A stretch of 63,987 nt of DNA, filler included, from Nemertoderma westbladi (Eukaryota; Animalia; Xenacoelomorpha): assembly GCA_032718475.1 (NCBI GenBank). It is 3 parts of 3 records of this genome, joined end to end, with 100 filler letters (N's around TTAATTAATTAA, not from the genome) between each part and the next. Parts side by side here need not be neighbours in the genome. Positions count along the whole stretch, not along the records: positions 1 to 20,528 come from JAUCBJ010000167.1; 2 more parts are not named here. One strand, 5' to 3'. Positions 1 to 11,989 of this stretch are shown here, in pieces. A model generated the notes under the pieces. It did no database searches. It saw only the letters and a list, made by a program, of their open reading frames with translations, and was not told the origin of the DNA. Each line of letters opens with the position of its first letter. The stretch's first letter is position 1. A program made the position numbers and the translations under genes.

Positions 1-1193
1 ATGTAGATAGCGAGGATAGCGGGATAAATGGGTGAGGTGGTGGAAGAAATTTTAAAATAGTAATGGTGATGGATTTAAGTATAATAATCAAATTTGTCTG
101 TATAATGATAATATTATAAATACAATAACCTTACTTCGCCGTAGCTCGCCCCACAACTCATTAATGGCGCCCATATGCTAAGGCTTCACTCGCTTCATGG
201 CTCGCCCCATTTTTTCAATGTTGGAAAGGAATGAAGGGGACGTCGGGTGATGGTGGTAGCGGTAATGATGTTGTGGGTGAGGAAGAACTCACTTCACGGC
301 TCGCCCCCCATAAGTCTGTGTTTATTTACCTTTTTTAGTTGTTGCGTCATAACCTTACTTCGGCACTATCACTCACACTTCGGCGCTATCACTCACTTCA
401 TGGCTCGCCCCATAGGTAGAATAATCAAATCATGTTAAAGACTTTTATAATAACAAACGTCTGCAACCCACTTACTATATTGGGTTTTACCTATTGCGGT
501 TCAAGGTCAAACGCCGACCGGTAGACACGAATTAATTAAATTACTTCCGCCTGCAAACTGGTCTTATACCGCGTATGTCACATATATACACAGCGGTGAC
601 ATATGTTACATATGCACAATGGTAACCATGGTAACCATAGTAAGTGGGTGGGGCAACAATAGTAATCATAGTAAGTAGGCGGGGCAAGAGCCGTTCGGCA
701 AATTCTTTAACATGGTAGACTATGGCAGACGCTGTCTCAATCACGTTGTTTAACGTACTACTTATATCGTTATATATTAATCAGGGTCAACTTTATATGG
801 AGTCGAATTTCATTACCACACACAGTATGGCGCCATGGTGGCATTGACAACCATGTATTTATTCCATGTGTTTATTTCTGTATTTACTTAACTAACTCTC
901 TTCTCTTGAATAAGTAAAACTGAAACTAATATGAAACTAGTATGAATCTAATTTAAACACAATTAATTAACATACTTATTTATATTTATTTAATTATCAA
1001 TACAAACTCTGATTCTACGCCTACAATACAATTTAAGACCTACCGGGTCCCCCCATTGCAATATCTTAGGTCTAACAACCGCACAGACAGACTGCATACC
1101 TATGATGAGTTAGTCCAATCTGCCTTTTGTAATATTCTTTCCATACACTGTTTATAGTGTAAGAATAGTTTCCAGTTGGGATATTTTTCTAAA

Positions 1194-2309
1194 ATGAATA
1201 ATGTAATTATGTGCATCAACGACATACGAATTCTTCCAGAAACTGGACAAATAATTTTCTGTACAAACGAGAAGGTTTCTGTGGCCGGCTGCTCGAACCT
1301 TTACGAGATAATTGATCACCTAGTCTTACCCGATGACGTCCTAGCGACTGGGTTCTGGAGATTGTCTGCGACTCGTAATGGCTCCCGTATAGCCAGCACT
1401 ACTAAAGAAGGACACATTCTAATTTGGTACAAAAAGGATTCGACATATTATTGGGAACTGAAATTCGTAATTCTCGGGAGTACACTAAATACAACTGTTG
1501 TTAGAAGGAGATCGATCGACTTTCATCCAACAAATGAAAACGTTTTGTGCTGCAACTATAGTAATGCATGTTTCATTAACATAATCCATCTTTATGAGGA
1601 TGAATACAATATAATATGTAGTTGGGAGGCTCATTCGTTTAATATTAGCGAAGTGCGTTTCAACCAGGCCGGTTTGCTATTGGCTAGCGCTGCTGGTGAT
1701 AATAAAGTGAAGATTTGGTTGGTTAAAACAATGGAGGTGTTAACTGTTTATAAGGGTCATACAGATTGGGTTTATAGTTTGTGTTGGTTTGACGACTCTG
1801 TTGTATCGTTACAGCTGGGCGGTGTGATTCATAGATTTTCTGTTCCGTCTGGTAAGTTGATATGGAAACAGACAAAGAGTAAAGGCGTTGTTCGGTTGGG
1901 TGTTTGTTTTGGCGGTTCTAGAATATCTGCTGCAGGTCGTGTTGGATTGGTTTATATAATAAACTCAAGAAATGGATCGATTATTAATAAAGTTAAAATA
2001 AATTATAGCGATATCTGGTGTGTTGCATTCCAGGAGAGTGAACGGAATATTATGTTTACAGGCGATAACGATGGGACAATCGTACGACTCGATTCAATTA
2101 GGCCTACTAAAGGTCCCATTTACATAAATAAAAGTTTACAGTTCGTATCGAAACTGATAGAAGAATCTACTCGACTCCAATGGAAAGATATATCTACGTA
2201 TATCGGACGCATTGGGCCTATAAGTTTATATCTTCAGGAGAAAATAACTCTGATAATAAAATCTACTGTAGATTTATTACCTGAAGATATTCTGGAATTT
2301 CAACTTTAA
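1194..2309 (+). CDS. Intronless WD40-repeat (beta-propeller) protein
   Basis: Open frame with WD40 units (AHSFNISEVRFNQAGLLLASAAGDNKVKIW; GHTDWVYSLCW; IWCVAF...FTGDNDGTI). First in-frame ATG is at 1194; the ORF track starts at TTG 1176. Confidence 0.8.
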   Translation: MNNVIMCINDIRILPETGQIIFCTNEKVSVAGCSNLYEIIDHLVLPDDVLATGFWRLSATRNGSRIASTTKEGHILIWYKKDSTYYWELKFVILGSTLNTTVVRRRSIDFHPTNENVLCCNYSNACFINIIHLYEDEYNIICSWEAHSFNISEVRFNQAGLLLASAAGDNKVKIWLVKTMEVLTVYKGHTDWVYSLCWFDDSVVSLQLGGVIHRFSVPSGKLIWKQTKSKGVVRLGVCFGGSRISAAGRVGLVYIINSRNGSIINKVKINYSDIWCVAFQESERNIMFTGDNDGTIVRLDSIRPTKGPIYINKSLQFVSKLIEESTRLQWKDISTYIGRIGPISLYLQEKITLIIKSTVDLLPEDILEFQL

Positions 2310-2680
2310 TTGAAGGCCTGTTTCCTCGCTGCTCTTTTTCGAGCATTTTTTAGTTAGAACAATTTCTAGAAATACATTGCTTTCCTGATAATTTTGGAAT
2401 GTTAAAACATCAACTGTAGAATAAAACCAAAAAAAACTAATAAATACAGTAGCTTGAAAAGTTAGTGTAAATGTAATTAGGCTCAGATTCTCTAATTCTA
2501 GAACATTCATATTATATATCGGCATTGGCTAAAAAGATAGAAAAGGACCAAAAAGCTCTAAACAAAGTTTGAAAAGTCAAAAAAATGCTAAGAACTCAAC
2601 ACAGAAAAAAGTAGTGCCGAAACGGGCCTGACCTTTGTTCTCATCAGTTATATTAATTAGAGGCATTACTTATTCTAGAA

Positions 2681-2763
2681 GCCGGTTAGTGCAGTGGTTG
2701 CATTGAATTCACATCTATCCGGAGTTCGTGGGTTCGATCCCCGCATCGGAACCGGGCACTTTT
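2681..2763 (+). mobile_element. tRNA-like sequence: SINE head or tRNA pseudogene
   Basis: A box TAGTGCAGTGG, B box GGTTCGATCCC, ends GCCGGTT...AACCGG that can pair, followed by TTTT. No convincing anticodon arm. Confidence 0.6.
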
Positions 2764-3019
2764 CGTTTCGATATGAAACAATTTATACTTATAAGGTATA
2801 ATTATTAATCTACTCTACTGAATAGTAGAAAAGTTTTACAAAAAGGCGATGATAAGAAAAGTCAAAATACGCCTAAAGAATATTTGTTAAAAATATAAAA
2901 AAGTTATTTTAAATTGTTAAATTTTACTTTAATTAATTACAAAATATTGTATTATATATGTGTGGAAATAATTTTTCCAAAAGATAAACTTTAAATAAGA
3001 AGCACTTTAAAGCGTTATG

Positions 3020-6000
3020 GACACCAACGAACCCGCTCTTACCCAATGTTTTTATCTTGTAGACGTGCGTTTCTGTTTCTGACACCAACAAACCTGCTCT
3101 TACCCAATGTTTTTGTCTTGTAGACGTGCGTTTCTGACACCAACGAACCCGCTCTTACCCAATGTTTTTATCTTGTAGACGGGCGTTTCTTACACCAACG
3201 AACCCGCTCTTCCCCAATGTTTTTATCTTGTAGACGGGCGTTTCTTACACCAACGAACCCACTCTTACCCAATGTTTTTATCTTGTAGACGGGCGTTTCT
3301 TACACCAACGAACCCGCTCTTCCCCAATGTTTTTATCTTGTAGACGTGTGTTTCTGACACCAACGAACCCGCTCTTACCCAATGTTTTTATCTTGTAGAC
3401 GGGCGTTTCTTACACCAACGAACCCACTCTTCCCCAATGTTTTTATCTTGTAGACGGGCGTTTCTTACACCAACGAACCCGCTCTTACCCTATGTTTTTA
3501 TCTTGTAGACGGGCGTTTCTGACACCAACAAACCCGCTCTTACCCAATGTTTTTATCTTGTAGACAGGCGTTTCTTACACCAACGAACCCGCTCTTCCCC
3601 AATGTTTTTATCTTGTAGACAGGCGTTTCTTACACCAACAAACCCGCTCTTACCCAATGTTTTTATCTTGTAGACGGGCGTTTCTGACACCAACGAACCC
3701 GCTCTTATCCAATGTTTTTATCTTGTAGATGGGTGTTTCTTACACCAACGAACCCGCTCTTCCCCAATGTTTTTATCTTGTAGACGGGCGTTTCTTACAC
3801 CAACGAACCCACTCTTCCCCAATGTTTTTATCTTGTAGACGGGCGTTTCTGACACCAACAACCCGCTCTTACCCAATGCTTTTATCTTGTAGATGGGCGT
3901 TTCTTACACCAACGAACCCGCTCTTCCCCAATGTTTTTATCTTGTAGACGGGCGTTTCTGACACCAACAACCCGCTCTTCCCCAATGTTTTTATCTTGTA
4001 GACGTGCATTTCTGACACCAACGAACCCGCTCTTCCCCAATGTTTTATTTTGTAGGCGGGCGTTTCTGACACCAACGAACCCGCTCTTACCCAATGTTTT
4101 TATCTTGTAGACGTGCGTTTCTGACACCAACGAACCCACTCTTCCCCAATGTTTTTATCTTGTAGACGTGCGTTTCTGACACCAATGAACCCGCTCTTAC
4201 CCAATGTTTTTATCTTGTAGATGTGCGTTTCTGACACCAACGAAACCGCTCTTACCCAATGTTTTTATCTTGTAGACGGGCGTTTCTTACACCAACGAAC
4301 CCGCTCTTCCCCAATGTTTTTATCTTGTAGACGGGCGTTTCTTACACCAACGAACCCGCTCTTCCCCAATGTTTTTATCTTGTAGACGGGCGTTTCTGAT
4401 ACCAACAACCCGCTCTTACCCAATGTTTTTATCTTGTAGACAGGCGTTTCTTACACCAACGAACCCGCTCTTCCCCAATGTTTTTATCTTGTAGACGGAC
4501 GTTTCTGACACCAACAACCCACTCTTCCCCAATGTTTTTATCTTGTGGACGTGTGTTTCTGACACCAACGAACCCGCTCTTACCCAATGTTTTTATCTTG
4601 AAGACGGGCGTTTCTTACACCAACGAACCCGCTCTTCCCCAATGTTTTTATCTTGTAGATGGGCGTTTCTTACACGAACGAACCCGCTCTTCCACAATGT
4701 TTTTATCTTGTAGATGGGCGTTTCTTACACCAACGAACCCACTCTTCCCCAATGTTTTTATCTTGTAGACGGGCGTTTCTGACACCAACAACCCGCTCTT
4801 ACCCAATGTTTTTATCTTGTAGACGGGCGTTTCTTACACCAACGAACCCGCTCCTCCCCAATGTTTTTATCTTGTAGATGGGCGTTTCTGACACCAACAA
4901 CCCGCTCTTCCCCAATGTTTTTATCTTGTAGACGTGCGTTTCTGACACCAACAAACCCGCTCTTACCCAATGTTTTTATCTTGTAGACGGGCGTTTCTGA
5001 CAACAACGAACCCGCTCTTACCCAATGGTTTTTATCTTGTAGACGTGCGTTTCTGACACCAACAACCCACTCTTCCCCAATGTTTTTATCTTGTAGACGT
5101 GCGTTTCTGACACCAACGAACCCGGTCTTACCCAATGTTTTTATCTTGTAGATGTGCGTTTCTGACACCAACGAACCCGCTCTTACCCAATATTTTTATC
5201 TTGTAGACGGGCGTTTCTGACACCAACGAACCCACTCTTACCCAATGTTTTTATCTTGTAGACGGCGTTTTTGACACCAAAAACCCGCTCTTACCCAATG
5301 TTTTTATCTTGTAGACGGGCGTTTCTGACACCAACGAACCCGCTCTTACCCAATGTTTTTATCTTGTAGACGTGCGTTACGTTACAGACACCAACGAACC
5401 CGCTCTTACCCAATGTTTTTATCTTGTAGACGTGCGTTTCTGACACCAACGAACCCGCTCTTCCCCAATGTTTTATCTTGTAGACGTGCGTTACAGACAC
5501 CAACGAACCCGTTCTTCCCCAATGTATTTATCTTGTAGACGTGCGTTTCTGACACCAACGAACCCGCTCTTCCTCAATGTTGTTATCTTGTAGACGTGCG
5601 TTTCTGACACCAACGAACCCGCTCTTACCCAATGTTTTTATCTTGTAGACGTGCGTTTCTGACACCAACGAACCCGCTCTTCCCCAATGTTTTTATCTTG
5701 TAGACGTGCATTTCTGACACCAACGAACCCGCTCTTCCCCAATGTTTTTATCTTGTAGACGTGCGTTTCTGAGACCAACGAACCCGCTCTTCCCCAATGT
5801 TTTTATCTTGTAGACGTGCGTTTCTGACACCAACGAACCCGCTCTTCCCCAATGTTTTTATCTTGTAGACGTGCGTTTCTGACACCAACGAACCCGCTCT
5901 TCCCCAATGTTTTTATCTTGTAGACAGGCGTTTCTTACACCAACGAACCCGCTCTTACCCAATGTTTTTATCTTGTAGACGGGCGTTTCTTACACCAACG

Positions 6001-7695
6001 AACCCACTCTTCCCCAATGTTTTTATCTTGTAGACGGGCGTTTCTGACACCAACAACCCGCTCTTACCCAATGTTTTTATCTTGTAGACGGGCGTTTCTT
6101 ACACCAACGAACCCGCTCTTACCCAATGTTTTTATCTTGTAGATGGGCGTTTCTGACACCAACAACCCGCTCTTCCCCAATGTTTTTATCTTGTAGACGT
6201 GCGTTTCTGACACCAACGAACCCGCTCTTACCCAATGTTTTTATCTTGTAGACGGGCGTTTCTGACAACAACGAACCCGCTCTTACCCAATGTTTTTATC
6301 TTGTAGATGTGCGTTTCTGACACCAACAACCCACTCTTCCCCAATGTTTTTATCTTGTAGACGTGCGTTTCTGACACCAACGAACCCGGTCTTACCCAAT
6401 GTTTTTATCTTGTAGATGTGCGTTTCTGACACCAACGAACCCGCTCTTACCCAATGTTTTTATCTTGTAGACGGGCGTTACGTTACAGACACCAACGAAC
6501 CCGCTCTTACCCAATGTTTTTATCTTGTAGACGGGCGTTTTTGACACCAAAAACCCGCTCTTACCCAATGTTTTTATCTTGTAGACGGGCGTTTCTGACA
6601 CCAACGAACCCGCTCTTACCCAATGTTTTTATCTTGTAGACGTGCGTTACGTTACAGAAACCAACGAACCCGCTCTTACCCAATGTTTTTATCTTGTAGA
6701 CGGGCGTTTCTGACACCAACGAACCCGCTCTTACCCAATGTTTTTATCTTGTAGACGTGCGTTACGTTACAGACACCAACGAACCCGCTCTTACCCAATG
6801 TTTTTATCTTGTAGACGTGCGTTTCTGACACCAACGAACCCGCTCTTACCCAATGTTTTTATCTTGTAGACGTGCGTTTCTGACACCAACGAACCCGCTC
6901 TTCCCCAATGTTTTATCTTGTAGACGTGCGTTTCTGACACCAACGAACCCGCTCTTCCCCAATGTTTTATCTTGTAGACGTGCGTTTCTGACACCAACGA
7001 ACCCGCTCTTACCCAATGTTTTTATCTTGTAGACGTGCGTTTCTGACACCAACGAACCCGCTCTTCCCCAATGTTTTATCTTGTAGACGTGCGTTACAGA
7101 CACCAACGAACCCGTTCTTCCCCAATGTTTTTATCTTGTAGACGTGCGTTTCTGACACCAACGAACCCGCTCTTCCTCAATGTTGTTATCTTGTAGACGT
7201 GCGTTTCTGACACCAACGAACCCGCTCTTCCCCAATGTTTTTATCTTGTAGACGGGCGTTTCTGACACCAACGAACCCGCCCTTCCCCAATGTTTTTATC
7301 TTGTAGACGTGCGTTTCTGACACCAACGAACCCGCTCTTACCCAATGTTTTTATCTTGTAGACGTGCGTTTCTGACACCAACGAACCCGCTCTTCCCCAA
7401 TGGTTTTAACTTGTAGACGTACGTTTCTGACACCAACGAACCCGCTCTTAGCCAATGTTTTTATCTTGTAGACGTGCGTTTCTGACACCAACGAACCCGC
7501 TCTTACCCAATGTTTTTATCTTGTAGACGTGCGTTTCTGACACCAACGAACCCGCTCTTCCCCAATGGTTTTAACTTGTAGACGTACGTTTCTGACACCA
7601 ACGAACCCGCTCTTAGCCAATGTTTTTATCTTGTAGACGTGCGTTTCTGACACCAACGAACCCGCTCTTCCCCAATGTTTTTATCTTGTAGACGT
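3020..7695. repeat. 55-bp tandem satellite, about 85 copies
   Basis: Unit ACACCAACGAACCCGCTCTT(A/C)CCCAATGTTTTTATCTTGTAGACG(T/G)GCGTTTCT(G/T); period 55 checked at 5641/5696. Confidence 0.97.
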
Positions 7696-8073
7696 CAGGT
7701 TCTTGAGATATGGAGTATTAATTTCAAAGCCAGCTGCCATTTTATTAGCCCCTGAGTTTTTGATTATTGATAGTAACAATGTGTTGGCAAGCTGATGAGA
7801 CCCAGTAAGGTCGAAACGCGTACGTGGTTTGGAGAGATATGAGATATTAATTTCAAGAAAAATTACGCGATTCTTAAATTTGTACACTACCTGGTTAAAA
7901 AGTACGCATGTGATGGGATTAGTCCTCCAATTGCGCCAATAAAAGATAAGTTATTTTCGGTAAAATAAACTTATCAGTCGAGGCAAAGACCCCTAGATCC
8001 CTTCCTATAATAAATGTATAATAACAAACACCTCGAAAAATACAGCTTGCCAACACATTGTTACTATCAATAA
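7696..8073 (+). mobile_element. Truncated copy of the 416-bp hammerhead element with inverted 5' segment
   Basis: 7696-~7794 is the reverse complement of the 3' part of the 33549-33964 unit. From 7792 the forward copy starts at CTGATGAGACCCAGTAAGGTCGAAACGCGTACGTGG, and the 5' strand of stem I is lost at the junction. Confidence 0.9.
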
Positions 8074-9076
8074 CCAATGTTTTATTACCGAGTTCCAATG
8101 CGGTAACGACCGTTGCGTTCCTACCGACTGGATTTGCGACAGAGACGGGTGTAAACGTTACGCCGACAGCCGACAACCGACACTCAAAAACCGACAACCA
8201 ACAACCGGCAACCGACAGTCGAAAACCGACAACAGACAGCCGACAACCAAATCCGAAAACCATTATTAACGGTAATTAAATAACAACAATAAAAAGAGCA
8301 ATTTGGAGAAGAAAAATATTCATAAACTGTTCGTGCCTTGTATTCTTTTAAACTCTATACTTTATAAAATAAATTAAGTGTGCATTATTTAAGATAATGA
8401 ACTATATTTAACACCGAAATAAGATTATTAAATACACTACCAATAATTTAAAGGTCACGCATGGGCCGGTCACGTCGCGTTTCGGCAACTGTCTCGTTTA
8501 GGCAACTCAAATTCGCGTTTCGGCAACTGAACAACTACGTTTCACAAACTGCTATATTTGTGTTTCGGCAACTCGTTATTGCATTTCGGCGAACTGAAGT
8601 CGCGTTTCGGCAACTAGGTGACAAACCCGCGTATGTAATGTAACTGTGACTAACATGTTCATTATGTAAGTAAATGATAAATGGTGACAACTTTAAGTTA
8701 GTTATAGTTTTGACGGCAGAGTTGTTAACTATTTGAGTTAGTTAGTTAATTTTAGGTCGTTTATATGTGTACATTGCCAGTTTGCACATGTGGCAGTGAT
8801 AAAATATGATTTTGTGTTCTGATTGATAAATGTATAATTTTTTTCCATCCGTGACGCTGGACAGCTGTTACTCAAACTAACCTAAAATTAGAATCATTGT
8901 ACAGTACGCTCTCCATTTTGGGCTCAAACTGATCCTGAGAGATGTGAGATTCTAAATAAAATAACTCTATCGACTGAGTCGAACGCGAGTTGAAAAACCA
9001 AAATTGAAAAGCGGAATAGATAAACAGTACTGTATGGATTAATATCAGATTGAATTATAATATCATTAATAATATA

Positions 9077-9274
9077 TAATATTATGGTTTTGTTCAGAAA
9101 TGGAAAAAATGAGAAAGCGCGTCACCGGGGGTTGACAAAAGTCACAAGTGGCTGAACTGGTTAGCGCGACTGATGAGGCTTGATAGGCTGAAACGTACTG
9201 TACGTATAGCGCTGGTTCAACCCCGGTGACGCGCTTTCTCATTTTTTCCATTTCTGAACAAAACCATAATATTA
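9077..9274. repeat. Near-perfect ~58-bp inverted repeat enclosing the family B hammerhead
   Basis: TAATATTATGGTTTTGTTCAGAAATGG...CACCGGGGGTTGA (9077-9135) is the reverse complement of 9217-9274, apart from one extra G. Confidence 0.92.
9163..9213 (+). ncRNA. Type I hammerhead ribozyme (family B)
   Basis: AGCGCGA-CTGATGA-GGCTTGATAGGCT-GAAAC-GTACTGTAC-GTA-TAGCGCT. Conserved core, stems I-III can pair (one mismatch in stem I), GUA cleavage triplet. Confidence 0.85.
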
Positions 9275-10324
9275 CATCTTTAATTACAGTTGCAACAGCT
9301 TAACTCCAATTTATCATTAATAATATCGAATGAATGCTCATTCAGGCTTACTGGTACAATGATTACATCATACAATGATACATACATAAAATGAAGAATA
9401 CCAGACTTTCTGCCGTTATATTTCACTTTGCAGTTACCCCCATGTGAAGAATACCAGGTTTTCACCAAAAACACAGGTTACAGAAGGGCTGAATCTAACC
9501 AAAACAATAACACCCCCCCCCCCCCCCCCCCCCAACAGCCCCCCTAATTTTTCTACAAATCTTAATGAGATTTCATGAAATTTGAAACAGGGATTATTTT
9601 CATTTCCCGACCTCTTACTGGGTGAGCCAGAATTTAAATTTTTGCTTTCAATCTTTAGCTACAAACGTTTAAAAAAAGTGTTCCCACCGCAGCTATTCTT
9701 CTACCTTATAGCTGTTAGTTGGTACTGCTAGAAAGCTGGCCATGCAAGGATTCCAAATATGTAGCACAACCTGAATTTCGTTAAAAAATAGCTGAGGCGG
9801 GCGTTCAAAAGTTGCATGGTTTTGCATCAGCGCCAGGCTATTTTATACTATTTAATAAATACACCATATTCTTAAAACAAATACAAATTATTCATATATA
9901 AAAAACTGTAATATACAATACATCACTGAAAAGTGAAAACTGTCGGTTGTCTGCTGTCGGTTGTTGGCTGTCGGTTGTCTGCTGTTGGCTGTCGATTGTC
10001 GGCGTAAAGTTTACACCCGACGGAGACGAGGATTGCCAGGATTCTTCGGATGAAGATAACTGCCAACACCAACTCGGTTAGTAACGCAATATTAATTATA
10101 CAATTAACACTTCTTCTTCCTAAATTAACTATGAGGTTTGAACTGTTACAGTCCGGCCACTGAAAAATATACAATTCGTTTTTAGATTTCGATGATCAAA
10201 AGTAGATAAATTATATTGGCGTCAAAAAAAATGGTATCCATAACTTCAATTATTTGTCTAGTCTAGAACATAGCCCATACGTAATTATTTATTAAATTAG
10301 GAACTCATCACACCATTCATACAC

Positions 10325-10816
10325 ATGGGCAGTAATTATTCTTATTCTAAATGGATGTCCGATGGCGACGGGGTTGGTTCCAATGCCACAGGGGGAGTTA
10401 GTAGCAGACTTGGTAAATTAAAAGGCGGCTTAGTATGTCCGAAATGCTACAATGTATTTATCGACCCAACTACATTGGAATGCACCCACACCATGTGCAG
10501 TTATTGTGTGCTGAAATCAATCCAACAGAAACTTGGTTGCCCTTCGTGTAGCAAACCTATTAAGATAGTAAGTCGGAATAAATTACTTGAAGGCATGGTC
10601 AACAAAGTAGTGGACGCGTTGATGGATATAGAAGATAAGAAAGCGAGGAACGACATTATAGCTAAACGGGGAGACGATGTTTTGGTGATCCCAGAGATCG
10701 TGGATGTCTGCGGCCATCATGCTTATGTTCCTAGTGACGTTGATGATGACGATGATAACACTGATGAAGACACCGACAATGGCGATGAAGACGAAACCTC
10801 TGTTGATAGTGAATAA
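10325..10816 (+). CDS. Small C3HC4 RING-finger protein, RNF8-like RING with acidic tail
   Basis: CPKC...LECTHTMCSYC...CPSC followed by a helical segment (LLEGMVNKVVDAL...KARNDIIAKR) resembling the RNF8 C-terminus. No FHA domain and no intron. Confidence 0.75.
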   Translation: MGSNYSYSKWMSDGDGVGSNATGGVSSRLGKLKGGLVCPKCYNVFIDPTTLECTHTMCSYCVLKSIQQKLGCPSCSKPIKIVSRNKLLEGMVNKVVDALMDIEDKKARNDIIAKRGDDVLVIPEIVDVCGHHAYVPSDVDDDDDNTDEDTDNGDEDETSVDSE

Positions 10817-11055
10817 GTTTTGAACTCATTACGATCATATTAATAACTTCTCCAGCATTTACCACTTGCTATAATCCTCCTATAATCTTCCTAAAATTTT
10901 GAAAATATTATTTAGCTACGTAATTAGTGAACACTTAATTTCCAAATTGTGAACAGTCTGAGGTGAAACTTAGTAAAAAAAATTTGAAATTGGCTGCAGT
11001 TCCGTGTGCCACTACACTAACAATGGCTACATTTCAGTGTGCCACTACACTAACA

Positions 11056-11253
11056 ATAGTAACAATGTGTTGGCAAGCTGTATTTATCGAGGTGTTTGTT
11101 ATTATACATTTATTATACTGTATAATTTGTACACTACCGGTTAAAAAGTACGCATGTGAAGGAATTAGTCCTACCATTGCGCCAATAAAAGATAAGTTAT
11201 TTTCAGTAAAATAAACTTATCATTCGAGGTTAAGACCCCTAGATCCCTTCCTA
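11056..11253 (+). mobile_element. Third fragment of the 416-bp hammerhead element (inverted + forward, no ribozyme)
   Basis: 11056-~11117 is reverse complement of the unit; ~11123-11253 is forward (AATTTGTACACTACC...GACCCCTAGATCCCTTCCTA). It lies within 33-bp satellite units. Confidence 0.85.
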
Positions 11254-11280
11254 CAGTATACTACACTAACAATGGTAATA

Positions 11281-11966
11281 TAGGGTATTAGTATGGCCTG
11301 TGACCCCACTTTTTGATGAAAAAAACTAACTAGATAGTCTATTTAGATAGAGTCTAACTAAACTGGAAAAAACTAACTAGATAGAACGATCTATTGCGAT
11401 GTTCCAGAATGTCATTTGACAGTTGCTATGGTTACCATTTTGGAGAAAAAGGGCGTTTTAAGAATGTTAGTTTTGAAAATTTATGTACAATAAAATTGCT
11501 TAATTTTGCGTGTAAAAACCATAGTTATGAGTTTCTGGAACATTATATTCAGTCAAACCTTCAATAAAATGATGAGGCTTGATGAGGAACAAGAGAGGAA
11601 CCAATAAGAACCTGTTACAGAATCATCTCGCTGAATTTTGGTGGCGAAATTACAACAGGGAGGCCCCATTCAGCAAACTGATAACACTAATAAACAATAG
11701 CGAATTATAGAAATCTGTTTACTTCAGTTCAAAAACAAAAAACTAATCAATTTACATTGTTATATTCATTAAATAACATATTCGATTAACCTTCAATAAA
11801 TCATTATTTACAACACTTGGTTACCATAGCAACACAAGAAAAATGTTCCAGAATGTAGAACTTGAGTGGGGCAAACATAATACCAACATATGTAGCTAGT
11901 ATATCATAAATTACTAGCTAGTTTTTTTCATCAAAAAGTGGGGTCACAGGCCATACTAATACCATA
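11281..11966. mobile_element. MITE of about 685 bp with ~50-bp TIRs
   Basis: TAGGGTATTAGTATGGCCTGTGACCCCACTTTTTGATGAAAAAAACTA and its reverse complement ending at 11966; flanked by TA on both sides. Confidence 0.88.
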
Positions 11967-11989
11967 TAGGTAAGATAATATAGTTCCGT

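Larger units (their letters stand above)
8147..10018. mobile_element. Non-autonomous TIR DNA transposon, about 1.87 kb, probably Mutator-like
   Basis: TIR GGGTGTAAAC(G/T)TTACGCCGACA with subterminal CCGACA repeats at both ends. 9-bp TSD GACAGAGAC (8138-8146) / GACGGAGAC (10019-10027). Confidence 0.85.
8075..10076 (+). pseudogene. LDL-receptor class A (LDLa) exon split by a transposon (8075-8146 + 10028-10076)
   Basis: Joining the halves gives QCFITEFQCGNDRCVPTDWICD(R/G)D-EDCQDSSDEDNCQHQL, a six-Cys LDLa pattern, followed by the donor-like GTTAGT. Confidence 0.8.

Noticed and set aside
121-420. Repeated CTTCATGGCTCGCCCCA motifs
   Set aside because: Too degenerate and cut by the window edge; probably old transposon subterminal repeats, with no boundaries definable.
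2610-2650. CTGATGA on the minus strand near a GAAAC
   Set aside because: The GAAAC is on the opposite strand, so no hammerhead can form.
3020-7695. Possible CRISPR-like array (also considered for the other arrays)
   Set aside because: Units are contiguous with no unique spacers, there are no cas genes, and the context is eukaryotic.
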